Assembly: GCA_016186705.1 (NCBI GenBank)
Contig: JACPLB010000004.1
Coordinates: 12,381 to 76,380, forward strand
DNA: 64,000 bases
Direction of reading: 5' to 3'
From: Candidatus Kaiserbacteria bacterium
GTDB lineage: Bacteria; Patescibacteriota; Minisyncoccia; Phycocordibacterales; JABMNX01
The translations under genes were made by a program, and so were the position numbers. Below are positions 45,200 to 54,351 of this stretch, in pieces (position 1 is the stretch's first letter; every line of letters starts with the position of its first letter). The notes under the pieces were generated by a model. The model was not told the origin of the DNA and did not search any database. It saw only the letters and a program-made list of their open reading frames with translations.

Positions 45200-46589
45200 A
45201 GGCACTCTCAAGAACATTAATCAGTCCTTGGTATTTCCCCGCAAGTTCCATCACTTCGTCGCCGTAAAACGCATATGCTGGTTTCGTAGCATTCGTCCAT
45301 CCGGCAAAATAGCGAAGTGCCGCAAGCCGCTCGGATGAAAACGTTCCCCTGTCCGCTCCGTTATCCATCATGAGGAGTGCCGAGGCGATAAACGCCGTCC
45401 GCGGCTCCCATGGGTTTGGCGGATTTTGTCCGCTTGTTTTCGCGATGCGCGCCTCATAGAGCACCCATGTTGACGGAATAAACTGCGCGGGACCCATCGC
45501 GCCGCCGTAACCATAGGACGGTGGGCATGAGACGACTTGTCCATACGGGTTAATGCGGAGTTTTTCGGCAATACCGATGAAAATATCAACATCTCGGTCA
45601 GGTTTCATGACACCCTTGAAAACCCTTCCGGTATTAACCCCTTTGCCATCGCCTTTACTCGGCTCATTCGTCAGAACGCATTGTCCGACATTTTCTCCAA
45701 GATTTGATTCTTCCGCAATGACGCCGAGAATGACCGCCGGACGCACGCCCGTGATTGAAGACGCCTCAAGCGCGTACTTGTATGCCTCCGCAAACGGAAT
45801 GGCGGCAGTGCCGCGGAGCGTAAAGAGCTCCGCCTGAATTTCACCCGCCGAACGCTGCTTATCGTGGATAAGCCCCTGATACGCCGCTTCCTGGCCTTTT
45901 GTCGCCGTGAGGATTCTTTGTTTTTCGCGCTCTTGAGCTTCTATTTTCTGTTTTTCAAGCTCTTGAATCTTCCTCAGCTCTTCCTCGGCGGCACGGCGAT
46001 TTTCAAGCGCCTCTTTTTGCGCGTGTGTATCCGCTTTCGTAAGCTCAATTTCCCTGAATGAAACGTTAAGTCCGGCTTTTATGGCGTCAAAGTTATCGAG
46101 GTCCTGAAAGAAATCGGAGAGGTCCTGATTGCCCAAAATCACCTCCGCGAGAGAATAGTCGTCAATCTCATTTGTTCGGCGAATGAGCTGGGCGAGCGAT
46201 GATTTCTCGCGCAGGAGCTTCTGGTCAAGACTGCCGATAGTCTCTTGTTTTCCGCTGATATCCTGGGATATCCTCCTGATTTCAAGTTCGCGGGCGCGAA
46301 TGGAGAGTTTCGCCTTTTCGATGCCCGCGTCAAGAATCGCGACGTCGCGCTCCAAAGACACCCGCTCTTTCTGCTTGCCCTCAAGAAGAACCCTCTGCGC
46401 TTCGATTTCTTTTTCAATTTCCGCAAGTTCGGCTTCAAGCTGGGCGCGGCGTTGTGCTACCTGCTCGTCCGGTGACGTTTGGGCATAAAGAAGCAACGGC
46501 GCCGCTCCAACAAAAAGCAAAAGTGCGAGAATAAACGCGACAAGAAAAGCCTGTGGGCGTTGTACCGTCATTATGATGTAGTATAACAA
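45198..46589 (-). CDS. Secreted/membrane-anchored coiled-coil protein with a C-terminal lytic-transglycosylase-like (lysozyme-fold) domain
   Basis: N-terminal signal/TM, ~250-aa heptad-rich region (QRRAQLEAELAEIEKEIEAQ...), C-terminal ...AVILGVIAEESNLGEN... resembling an SLT catalytic Glu-Ser motif. Architecture is reminiscent of PcsB/EnvC-type divisome hydrolase regulators. Confidence 0.55.
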   Translation of the reverse strand: MLYYIIMTVQRPQAFLVAFILALLLFVGAAPLLLYAQTSPDEQVAQRRAQLEAELAEIEKEIEAQRVLLEGKQKERVSLERDVAILDAGIEKAKLSIRARELEIRRISQDISGKQETIGSLDQKLLREKSSLAQLIRRTNEIDDYSLAEVILGNQDLSDFFQDLDNFDAIKAGLNVSFREIELTKADTHAQKEALENRRAAEEELRKIQELEKQKIEAQEREKQRILTATKGQEAAYQGLIHDKQRSAGEIQAELFTLRGTAAIPFAEAYKYALEASSITGVRPAVILGVIAEESNLGENVGQCVLTNEPSKGDGKGVNTGRVFKGVMKPDRDVDIFIGIAEKLRINPYGQVVSCPPSYGYGGAMGPAQFIPSTWVLYEARIAKTSGQNPPNPWEPRTAFIASALLMMDNGADRGTFSSERLAALRYFAGWTNATKPAYAFYGDEVMELAGKYQGLINVLESA

Positions 46590-46627
46590 AACCTTTTCGA
46601 GGTGATGAATGAAAAGCTATTTTCTAC

Positions 46628-47320
46628 CTACTTTTTCTCCTTTTTCTCAATTTTTTGCTCAGCCGGAGAAACAGGCGCGTCAGCGGAAGACTCCGTCTCT
46701 TCTTCCTGTTTTCCTTTCTTTTCCACTTCAATATCCTCAATGGAAACCGGCTCCGGTACGATTTCCTCCTCTTCCTTCACTTCGTTGACAAGCGCGACTA
46801 CTTCGTCCGGGGTGCTTAATAAAACCACGCGTGCCGGAATCACGATGTCTTTTACAAAAATTTTACTTTCAAACGTAACGAGCGGAGACACGTCAACTTC
46901 AATGTGCCGCGGCAAATCTTTCGGAAGTACTTCAATTTTGATGTCATGAAGAACCTTGACGAGCACCCCACCTAATTCCTTTACTGCGGGCGAGACGCCG
47001 ATAAATTCAAGCGGTACTTCAACCGTCACTTTCTTGCCTTTTTCCATGACGTAAAAATCGGCATGCCGCGGTTCGCCCGTTATCGGGTCAAAGTCCACAT
47101 CGTAAATGAGGGCTTCTTTTGAAATACCGTCGCCCTTAAGTTCAATGACGGTTGACTCTCCGGCATTCCGCCAGATTTTCTTAAACGTATGAGTCTCAAC
47201 GGCGATGGGAGTCGATGTCTCCTTGGGACCATAAAATACCGCCGGCATTTCTTTGCCTTTTCGGAGTTCTTTAAGGGACTTTTTTCCCTTCCGTATCCGC
47301 ACCGCAAGTGTCTCTGTCAT
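46628..47320 (-). CDS. rplY: 50S ribosomal protein L25 / general stress protein Ctc, with an acidic/Lys-rich C-terminal tail
   Basis: MTETLAVRIRKGKKSLKELRKGKEMPAVFYG... The start at 47320 was verified by reading atgacagagaca on the minus strand. Confidence 0.85.
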   Translation of the reverse strand: MTETLAVRIRKGKKSLKELRKGKEMPAVFYGPKETSTPIAVETHTFKKIWRNAGESTVIELKGDGISKEALIYDVDFDPITGEPRHADFYVMEKGKKVTVEVPLEFIGVSPAVKELGGVLVKVLHDIKIEVLPKDLPRHIEVDVSPLVTFESKIFVKDIVIPARVVLLSTPDEVVALVNEVKEEEEIVPEPVSIEDIEVEKKGKQEEETESSADAPVSPAEQKIEKKEKK

Positions 47321-47418
47321 AGCGCTCAAGTATACGTGTTTTATGGATAAAATCAACAGAGAGCTTGCGGAACAAAGCAATTACCGGGATACTACAGTAA
47401 GAAAAGGAGGCGTCAGTT

Positions 47419-47619
47419 ATGAACATGAATGAGCGGGTGCAGATAGAAATTGCTCAAGAAAAGCGGGCCAACAAACAAAGTGATGTTGAAGCGGCAGCTG
47501 GATGGGTCATTTGGACAATTATCTATGTTTTGATCCTCCTGTGGGGAATCGTTATAACCATAACAACAGGAAGCTGGGAAGATTTTGGGAACAAAAATGC
47601 CGTTAACCCAAAAACCTAA
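47419..47619 (+). CDS. Small membrane protein (66 aa)
   Basis: Strong SD AAGGAGG 8 nt upstream of the ATG, one TM helix (WVIWTIIYVLILLWGIVITI), own terminator downstream. Confidence 0.5.
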   Translation: MNMNERVQIEIAQEKRANKQSDVEAAAGWVIWTIIYVLILLWGIVITITTGSWEDFGNKNAVNPKT

Positions 47620-47649
47620 TGAACCCCAGCTTCAACGTAAAAAACTTTC

Positions 47650-47678
47650 GCGGCCCGGTTGGGTCGCATTTTGTTTTT
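47650..47678 (+). terminator. Intrinsic terminator after the 66-aa gene
   Basis: GCGGCCC-ggtt-GGGTCGC hairpin followed by ATTTTGTTTTT. The T-run overlaps the stop codon of the convergent dehydrogenase gene. Confidence 0.55.
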
Positions 47679-48645
47679 ACCCAATAGTATGTTCCGGCTT
47701 CTTTCCGGAGAGAAAATCAACAATGCTCTCCGCGGCAATGTCAGCCATCTTTCCTCGTGTTTCTTCCGTCGCGGACGCGATATGCGGAGTTACGACGACA
47801 TTTTCAAGCTCGGAGAGTCCCGGAGCGAGTGCCGGTTCGTTTTCAAACACGTCAAGCGCCGCCCCTTTGATGACATTATTCCGAAGTGCTTCAACGAGAG
47901 CTTTTTCGTCAATAACCGGACCGCGAGAGGAATTAATGAGGTACGCGGTTTTTTTCATCATAGACAAGCGTTCTTTGTTTATCAAATGGCGAGTTGATTC
48001 AAGGAGCGGCACATGCACCGTTACAACGTCGGCAACGCGGAGCACTTCGTCAACAGTAGATTTGAATTCCGCCCCATATTCTTTTTCAAACGCTTCGTTT
48101 TTCTTGATGTCGTAATAACACAATGTCATTCCCAAACCGCGCGACGCGATATGCCCGACACGCGCTCCGATGCGGCCTGTACCGAGGATTCCGAGCGTCT
48201 TTCCTTTGAGGTCGGTACCGAGAAGCATCAACGGCGCCCACCCGTCATATTTCCGCGCGCGCATAAATCGGTCTCCTTCGGCAATGCGCGAAGTAATAGA
48301 AAGCATAAGGGCAATCGTGTGTTCCGCGACGGTATCGGTGAGCACGTCCGGCGTGTTCGTCACGGTAATGCCGCGCGCCCGCGCTTCTTTCATGTCTATG
48401 TTGTCGTATCCGACGGCGTAGTTCGCAAAAATCTTCGCGTTCGGTGCCGCATCAAAGACGTCTCCATCAACTGTGTCGGTAAGAAGGCACAGAATCGCGT
48501 CGTATGAGTCTTTTTGAAGCTTAGCGATAAGTTCATCTTTCGTGAGTACTCCGTCTTTCTCACTTACAACAACGCTGTAGCCGGCACGCTGAAGCAGTGT
48601 AATGCCTGATTCCGGAATTTTTCTGGTCACATACACTTTTTTCAT
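47677..48645 (-). CDS. D-isomer-specific 2-hydroxyacid dehydrogenase (glycerate/hydroxypyruvate/phosphoglycerate dehydrogenase family)
   Basis: NAD-binding GILGTGRIGARVG, catalytic Arg/Glu/His region (…SRGPVIDEKAL…, …TPHIASAT…). Confidence 0.8.
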   Translation of the reverse strand: MKKVYVTRKIPESGITLLQRAGYSVVVSEKDGVLTKDELIAKLQKDSYDAILCLLTDTVDGDVFDAAPNAKIFANYAVGYDNIDMKEARARGITVTNTPDVLTDTVAEHTIALMLSITSRIAEGDRFMRARKYDGWAPLMLLGTDLKGKTLGILGTGRIGARVGHIASRGLGMTLCYYDIKKNEAFEKEYGAEFKSTVDEVLRVADVVTVHVPLLESTRHLINKERLSMMKKTAYLINSSRGPVIDEKALVEALRNNVIKGAALDVFENEPALAPGLSELENVVVTPHIASATEETRGKMADIAAESIVDFLSGKKPEHTIG

Positions 48646-48663
48646 ACGCTCTCGTAAGCTACA

Positions 48664-49545
48664 TTACATATTATTAAAAAGACGCAACCGTTTCTCAACG
48701 ACTTTTGCCATATTTTCAACCCCTTTTTTCATGAGCCGATACGGCGCGATTTCGTCTTTGTCGTTCTCAAGCCCCCGTTCAATGCCTTCGCGATACGCAA
48801 GGCGAACCTCGGTATTGATATGAATAACGGAGATGCCCGCTGCAATTGCTTTTTTAAAGTCGTCATCCGGAATACCGGAGCCTCCATGAAGCACGAGCGG
48901 GATATTTGCCGCGGCACGAAGCGCCTTGATTCTTTCGATATTAAGGTGCGGATTTTTCGCGTGCTTCAGCATGCCGTGGATATTGCCGACCGCCGGCGCG
49001 ACCAAATCAACGCCAGTTTCTTTGACATATTGCGCCACTTCCTCCGGTTTTGTCAGCATATTTTCTCCGACTGAAACGCCCGCGGGGAGTTCGTTCAGGA
49101 GTTTTGATGAAGTGCCGATAAAACCGATCTCTCCTTCAATAAGAACGCTTTGCTCTCGGTTCATGGATTCTTTTTTGGCGTATGCAACTATTTTTTTCGT
49201 CTCCTGTATGTTCTCCTCAAACGGCAATTTTGTACCGTCAAAAATAACGGCATCATACCCGGTGTCAATCGCCTCTTTCGCTTTCTTGAGAGAATAGGTA
49301 TGGTCGGCGTTAATGAATATCGGGTAGTCAAATTCTTCCCGCAAGCTTTTCACCATCGCAACCGCCTGCTTTTGACCGATAAATTCTCTTTCTCCTTCGG
49401 ACGTACCGATGATGACCGGCACATTGAGCTTTCTCGCAGTGTCAAAGACGGCGCGAAGCGCCTCGGAATCGGAAATATTAAAGTGTCCGATGGCGACCTT
49501 TCGCGACTCGGCGTCTTTAATGCACTCTCGAAGCGTCTTTGCCAT
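48664..49545 (-). CDS. fba: Class II fructose-bisphosphate aldolase
   Basis: MAKTLRECIKDAESRKVAIGHFNISD..., Zn-binding His motifs (INADH, LHGGSG). The ATG at 49545 was verified; the ORF track extended 90 codons upstream with no similarity. Confidence 0.85.
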   Translation of the reverse strand: MAKTLRECIKDAESRKVAIGHFNISDSEALRAVFDTARKLNVPVIIGTSEGEREFIGQKQAVAMVKSLREEFDYPIFINADHTYSLKKAKEAIDTGYDAVIFDGTKLPFEENIQETKKIVAYAKKESMNREQSVLIEGEIGFIGTSSKLLNELPAGVSVGENMLTKPEEVAQYVKETGVDLVAPAVGNIHGMLKHAKNPHLNIERIKALRAAANIPLVLHGGSGIPDDDFKKAIAAGISVIHINTEVRLAYREGIERGLENDKDEIAPYRLMKKGVENMAKVVEKRLRLFNNM

Positions 49546-49582
49546 ACACACATAGTAACATGGCGTGGTAAGATGTGTTGAT

Positions 49583-50575
49583 ATGAAAGGGCTTGATTTT
49601 ATCGCCATAGGAGATATCACGACGGACGCGTTCATTCGGCTCAAAGACGCGCGGGTGAATTGCGATATTAACGATGAAAATTGCCAGCTGTGCGTTGATT
49701 TCGGAGCGAAGATTCCGTACGAATCAGTCACGGAAGTCCCGGCGGTTGGCAACAGCCCGAACGCCGCCGTCTCCGCACACAGACTTGGTCTCTCTTCGGC
49801 AATCGTTACTTCCATGGGAGACGACCCTAACGGGAAGAAGATGCTTAAGCGGCTCGAGAAAGAGAGCGTTGAGACGGAATTTGTTACTGTTGAAAAAGGA
49901 AAAGAATCAAACTATCACTATGTACTCCTCTACGAACACGAGCGGACGATTCTCGTCAAACACGAGGAGTACGCCTACCGGCTTCCCGAATTTGTAACGC
50001 CGCCGAAGTGGTTGTACCTTTCTTCTCTCGGCGAAAACTCGCTCCCGTACCATCATGCCATCGCGGAGTATATAAAAAACAATTCGGGCGTGAAACTTGC
50101 GTTTCAGCCGGGCACGTTTCAGATTAAACTCGGCACGGATGCTCTTAAAGATATTTACCAAGTCTCCGAGCTTTTCTTTTGCAACAAAGACGAATCGCGC
50201 ATGATTCTTAAAAGCGATTCGGACGACATAAAAGCGTTACTTTTGGGAATGCATGCCCTTGGTCCAAAGATGGTTGTCATTACGGACGGGCGTAAGGGAG
50301 CGTTCGCTTATGATGGAACGAATTTCTTACATGTGCCGATGTATCCAGACCCGAAACCGCCCGTTGATCGGACCGGCGCCGGCGACTCGTTCTCGTCAAC
50401 CGTGACGGCGATGCTCGCCTCAGGAATGCCTCTCTCCGACGCGCTCCTGCGAGGACCAGTAAACTCAATGTCAGTCGTTCAATACATCGGGGCACAGGAA
50501 GGGCTCCTCTCCCGCGACAAAATTGAAGAGTATCTCGCGAAAGCGCCAAAAGACTACAAAGCAGAAAGATTCTAA
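49583..50575 (+). CDS. PfkB-family carbohydrate kinase
   Basis: N-terminal GD-rich motif (IAIGDITTDAF) and C-terminal signature DRTGAGDSFSSTV (DTxGAGD). The ATG at 49583 was verified. Confidence 0.8.
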   Translation: MKGLDFIAIGDITTDAFIRLKDARVNCDINDENCQLCVDFGAKIPYESVTEVPAVGNSPNAAVSAHRLGLSSAIVTSMGDDPNGKKMLKRLEKESVETEFVTVEKGKESNYHYVLLYEHERTILVKHEEYAYRLPEFVTPPKWLYLSSLGENSLPYHHAIAEYIKNNSGVKLAFQPGTFQIKLGTDALKDIYQVSELFFCNKDESRMILKSDSDDIKALLLGMHALGPKMVVITDGRKGAFAYDGTNFLHVPMYPDPKPPVDRTGAGDSFSSTVTAMLASGMPLSDALLRGPVNSMSVVQYIGAQEGLLSRDKIEEYLAKAPKDYKAERF

Positions 50576-50652
50576 AATATCTTTGAAATAAGCCATGAAA
50601 AAACGCACCACCTACATGGGGCGTTTTCCTTTGTAGGTACTTACATAGAAGA

Positions 50653-50681
50653 TTGACAAAACTTTTATTTTATGTTACATT
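50653..50681 (+). promoter_or_regulatory. Sigma-70-like promoter TTGACA-17nt-TACATT
   Basis: TTGACA at 50653-50658 and TACATT at 50676-50681 with exact 17-nt spacing, ~45 nt upstream of the small gene at 50725. Confidence 0.45.
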
Positions 50682-50724
50682 GCATACAGAATCACCAGCC
50701 AGAGACCACAAGGAGGTATTGGCC

Positions 50725-50949
50725 ATGGTAGCAACAGTTCGAGATGTAGGCAGTGCGTTGGTTATCACTGTAGTCTTTGCCGTCACAGGTATTGTCGTTA
50801 CCTACGCGCTCGGGCATATCTGGTTTGGGCCCTTCGATCTCTCCCCCAATACCACCGCCGAGGGTTTGAGTGTCGTTGGAGGGTTGATGGGAGGCGGACT
50901 TCTAGGGACCCTCGTCTGGTGGCTCTTGAAAAATCACGACGGGAAATGA
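50725..50949 (+). CDS. Small two-TM membrane protein (74 aa)
   Basis: SD AGGAGG 8 nt upstream of the ATG, two hydrophobic helices, promoter upstream and terminator downstream. Confidence 0.5.
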   Translation: MVATVRDVGSALVITVVFAVTGIVVTYALGHIWFGPFDLSPNTTAEGLSVVGGLMGGGLLGTLVWWLLKNHDGK

Positions 50950-50966
50950 GGAAGAGAACAAAGGTA

Positions 50967-51006
50967 ACGGCGGAGCTATGTTCCAAGCTCCGCCGTTAAA
51001 GTTTTT
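50967..51006 (+). terminator. Intrinsic terminator (likely bidirectional with cfa)
   Basis: CGGCGGAGC-tatgttccaa-GCTCCGCCG followed by TTAAAGTTTTT. Confidence 0.55.
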
Positions 51007-51021
51007 AATATTGAGCGTAAT

Positions 51022-52131
51022 TTACCTCACTGATTGATACCCGCCTCGGACTCCTTTTTTTGAGAGTACAATTTGCCAGAGCTGATTTTTCCGCGAACGG
51101 AACGACCCCGCGGACGCGAGAAGATAGTATGTCCACATGCGGTAGAACCGCTCTCCGTATTTCTTTTTAAGTTCCGGCCACGCAATATCAAAATTTTTAA
51201 ACCACGCCATAAGCGTCTTGTCGTAATCAGCTCCGAAATTGTGCCAGTCCTCCATTACAAATACTCCCTCAATGGACTTCCCTATTTGCTTCACGGACGG
51301 CAACATGCCTCCGGGAAAAATATACTTTTCAATCCATGGGTCGGTCGTCCATACCGAACGATTGCTTCCGATAGTGTGAAGCAGAAACAATCCGCCGTCT
51401 TTTAGATTCTGACGCATAACTTTCATATACTCGCGATAATTTTTATAGCCGACATGCTCAAACATCCCAAGAGACACGATGTGGTCAAATTGCTCGTTAA
51501 CGTCCCGGTAGTCGGAGAGACGTATGTCAACCGAAAGCCCCTTTGTATTCTCTTCCGCGAGTTTCTTTTGCTCTTTTGAAACGGTAATGCCGACGACTTC
51601 CGCTCCGTATTTCTCCGCGGCAAACTTTGCGAAACTTCCCCATCCGCACCCGACGTCAAGAACTCGCTGACCCCTCTGTACGTTGAGTTTTCTGCAGACT
51701 AAATCAAGTTTCGCCTCCTGCGCTTCATTAAGGGTTATCGCGTCTTTCCAATACCCGCTCGTGTACACCATCCGCGTATCAAGCATCCGCATATAGAGGT
51801 CGTTGCCGACATCGTAATGCCTTTCGCCGACTCTGAAAGCCCGGGAGGTACTTTGGAGGTTAAGCAATCGGGCTCGTGCAATATGCAACAGAAGCGGTAG
51901 TGTAATGAGCTTCCGGTTAAGCTCTACCGAAAATATTCTGTCAAAAAATGCGTCAAGTTCCTTGGCGTCCCACCATTCGTCCATGTAGCTTTCCCCGAGC
52001 TCAAGCGAGCCGCCGGCAAACACGCGGCGATAAAATCGTTCGTCATGAACTTGTATATCCCACGGATTTTTCCCATTTATCTCAACACTCGCAATGGCAA
52101 GGAGTTCTTGCGCTTTCTTCTTTGAAGACAT
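51022..52131 (-). CDS. cfa: Cyclopropane-fatty-acyl-phospholipid synthase family SAM-dependent methyltransferase
   Basis: SAM motif VLDVGCGWGSFAKFAAEKYGAEVVGITVS and the CMAS-family C-terminal region. Confidence 0.8.
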   Translation of the reverse strand: MSSKKKAQELLAIASVEINGKNPWDIQVHDERFYRRVFAGGSLELGESYMDEWWDAKELDAFFDRIFSVELNRKLITLPLLLHIARARLLNLQSTSRAFRVGERHYDVGNDLYMRMLDTRMVYTSGYWKDAITLNEAQEAKLDLVCRKLNVQRGQRVLDVGCGWGSFAKFAAEKYGAEVVGITVSKEQKKLAEENTKGLSVDIRLSDYRDVNEQFDHIVSLGMFEHVGYKNYREYMKVMRQNLKDGGLFLLHTIGSNRSVWTTDPWIEKYIFPGGMLPSVKQIGKSIEGVFVMEDWHNFGADYDKTLMAWFKNFDIAWPELKKKYGERFYRMWTYYLLASAGSFRSRKNQLWQIVLSKKGVRGGYQSVR

Positions 52132-52137
52132 ATCTGC

Positions 52138-53136
52138 TTACGGACCTTTTCGCTGTATGACTCTTTTAACCGCGTCTTTGATGTGGGGGACTCCCATGCC
52201 GTAGTGCTCAACAAGTTCGTCCGGCTCGCCGGACTGCCCGAATGAGTCGTTGACGCCGACAAACTCAATTGGTACGGGATATTTTTGCGCGAGCACTTCC
52301 GCGACTGCTGAGCCCATGCCGCCCATAATCTGATGTTCCTCAATGGTAACCACCGCGTCGCTTTGTTGTGCGCACCGTACGACCGCTTCTTTATCCATCG
52401 GTTTTATGGTGTGGTTATTGAGTACGAGAACTCTAATACCCTCTTCGCTGAGCTCCTTCGCCGCAACGAGTGCTTTATAGAGGAGGGGTCCGCACGCGAC
52501 AATCGTCGCTTCTGGTTTTTTTGCTTTCCATACAAGTTCCGCCTTTCCGATTTCAAACGGGGAATTTTTCGTGGTAAAAACCGGCGTATTAGAGCGCGCA
52601 AATCGCAGGTACACCGGACCATTAATACTAACCGAAGCGATAGTTGCTTTCCTCGCTTCTTCAACGTCAGACGGATAGACAACCGTCATGTTCGGTTGAA
52701 CGCGCATGAGCGCGATGTCTTCAAGCTGTTGGTGCGTCGCGCCGTCGGGACCCACCGAAACACCCGCGTGCATGCCGCAGATTTTGACGGGCAGATTATT
52801 GAGGGATATGGTCGTCCGGATTTGCTCATTGTTCCGTCCCGGCGAGAATGCCGCGTATGAGGTAATAAAGGGGATTTTTCCGTAATTTGCCAATCCCGCT
52901 CCCACGGTCGCGAGATTTTGCTCCGCAACGCCGAGTTCTATGTATCGTTCAGGAAATTTCTCCTGAAACCACAGGGCGCGCGTTGACTCGGCAAGGTCGG
53001 CGCAGAGAACCACCACCCGCTCGTCTTTCTCTCCCGCCTCAACAACGCCTTTTCCGAATCCATCGCGCGTTGACGCACTCTCAAGCTTTTCTAAACCAAA
53101 CCAGTGTTCTACAATTTTTGCGTCTTTCTGTATCAT
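52138..53136 (-). CDS. Transketolase, C-terminal (pyrimidine-binding plus C-terminal domain) subunit
   Basis: …ELGVAEQNLATVGAGLANYGKIPF… and …GPDGATHQQLEDIALMR…, typical of the C-terminal half of split transketolases. Confidence 0.9.
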   Translation of the reverse strand: MIQKDAKIVEHWFGLEKLESASTRDGFGKGVVEAGEKDERVVVLCADLAESTRALWFQEKFPERYIELGVAEQNLATVGAGLANYGKIPFITSYAAFSPGRNNEQIRTTISLNNLPVKICGMHAGVSVGPDGATHQQLEDIALMRVQPNMTVVYPSDVEEARKATIASVSINGPVYLRFARSNTPVFTTKNSPFEIGKAELVWKAKKPEATIVACGPLLYKALVAAKELSEEGIRVLVLNNHTIKPMDKEAVVRCAQQSDAVVTIEEHQIMGGMGSAVAEVLAQKYPVPIEFVGVNDSFGQSGEPDELVEHYGMGVPHIKDAVKRVIQRKGP

Positions 53137-53294
53137 GTATTTTCGTTTAAATGAGGATTACTGTCTGGAAGGGACTTCGCAGGTCTCGCGGGTATGGTGT
53201 CCCGCCTCTCGCGGGATGAGCGAGACCGAGACTTGAGAGCGGGCTCTCGCCGGGAGCCCGACTCGTACCCTGAAGAGAGTATTCCGAGCCTCAA
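53137..53294. other. GC-rich, highly self-complementary 158-nt spacer between the two transketolase subunit genes (candidate structured RNA or regulatory element)
   Basis: Nested inverted repeats ggtctcgc...gcgagacc, cccgc-ctct-gcggg and cgggctc-tcgccgg-gagcccg; local GC is far above that of the flanking genes. Confidence 0.35.
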
Positions 53295-54155
53295 TCATAA
53301 GTCCCCGCATGTTATTTTCCCCCCGAGTGTGCGAAGCTCCGAGAGAAATCGCTTTGCTTCCTCCGGCTTCGGCGGCTTCCCGTGCCAGGTATAGTCAAAT
53401 TCAATCTCTTTAATTCCTTTTCCCGGAATCGTATGAGCAATGATGACTGTCGGCTTTTCATAAATCGCTTTTGCTTCTTCAACGGCGTCAACAAACGCTT
53501 CAATGTTGTGCCCGTCAACTTCAAGGACGTGCCAATTGAACGCCTCGTACTTGTCTTTGAGGGGTTCAAGAGGCATCACGTCTTCCGTCATGCCGTTTAT
53601 CTGGATGTTGTTTCGGTCAATGACCGCCGTCAGATTTGAGAGCTTGTTTTTCCCCGCAAACATCGCGGACTCCCACGTGTTCCCCGCCTCCTGCTCGCCG
53701 TCTGACATGAGGCAATAGACGCGGAAGGTTTTTTTGTCCATCCGTGCGCCATAGGCGATGCCCGCCGCTTGCCCCAACCCTGAACCCAAAGGGCCGGATG
53801 TCGTTTCAACCCCCGGAAGTCTCTCCCGCTCCGGATGCCCTTGGAGCCGCGAGCCAAACTTTCGGAGTGTCTTTGTTTCTTTTATGGGGAAATACCCCGC
53901 GTGCGCCATCGCGGCGTAGCGGATGGGCGTGATGTGTCCGTTTGAGAGAATCAGGCGGTCACGCTTTTCCCAGAAGGGGTTTTTCGGATTGTGGTTGAGA
54001 ATATGAAAATAAAAAGCGGTGAAGATATCCGCCATACCCAAGGGACCCGCGGTGTGTCCCGAACCGGCTTCCGTGAGCATTTCAATCAAAGTCGTGCGAA
54101 TTTCATTTGCCTTCACCTCAAGTTCACAGACTTTTGATTCGCTGATGTTTGCCAT
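53295..54155 (-). CDS. Transketolase, N-terminal (thiamine-diphosphate-binding) subunit
   Basis: …GSGHTAGPLGMADI…, …GHPE…, GDGEQEAGNTWE (TPP-binding GDG motif). The ATG at 54155 was verified. Confidence 0.9.
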   Translation of the reverse strand: MANISESKVCELEVKANEIRTTLIEMLTEAGSGHTAGPLGMADIFTAFYFHILNHNPKNPFWEKRDRLILSNGHITPIRYAAMAHAGYFPIKETKTLRKFGSRLQGHPERERLPGVETTSGPLGSGLGQAAGIAYGARMDKKTFRVYCLMSDGEQEAGNTWESAMFAGKNKLSNLTAVIDRNNIQINGMTEDVMPLEPLKDKYEAFNWHVLEVDGHNIEAFVDAVEEAKAIYEKPTVIIAHTIPGKGIKEIEFDYTWHGKPPKPEEAKRFLSELRTLGGKITCGDL

Positions 54156-54156
54156 G

Positions 54157-54348
54157 TTACTCCCCGAGAATCGTTGTGAGCCGCTCCGTAATGCTCTCGG
54201 CAAGGTCTTTGTGCTTCGTCGTCTCCGCGAAAAGCTTGAGCGCCGAACGCGCTTCTGTGTCCCTAAACGAAAGAATGAGCTTGTCGGGGGCAAGGTCCGG
54301 GTATTTGTCGGACTGGAATTGACCTCTGTTGTTTATGTGTTTTGCCAT
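54157..54348 (-). CDS. Hypothetical small protein (63 aa) immediately upstream of the transketolase genes
   Basis: Compact ORF whose TAA lies 1 nt before the transketolase ATG; no family recognised. Confidence 0.3.
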   Translation of the reverse strand: MAKHINNRGQFQSDKYPDLAPDKLILSFRDTEARSALKLFAETTKHKDLAESITERLTTILGE

Positions 54349-54351
54349 ACG

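Noticed and set aside
53137-53294. Possible TPP riboswitch upstream of the transketolase C-terminal subunit gene
   Set aside because: A CUUGAGAG segment on the plus strand superficially recalls the THI-box CUGAGA. The genes are on the minus strand, however, and neither strand contains the rest of the THI-box core (ACCC…UGAUCUGGAUAAUACC-like). It is kept only as an unassigned structured GC-rich element.
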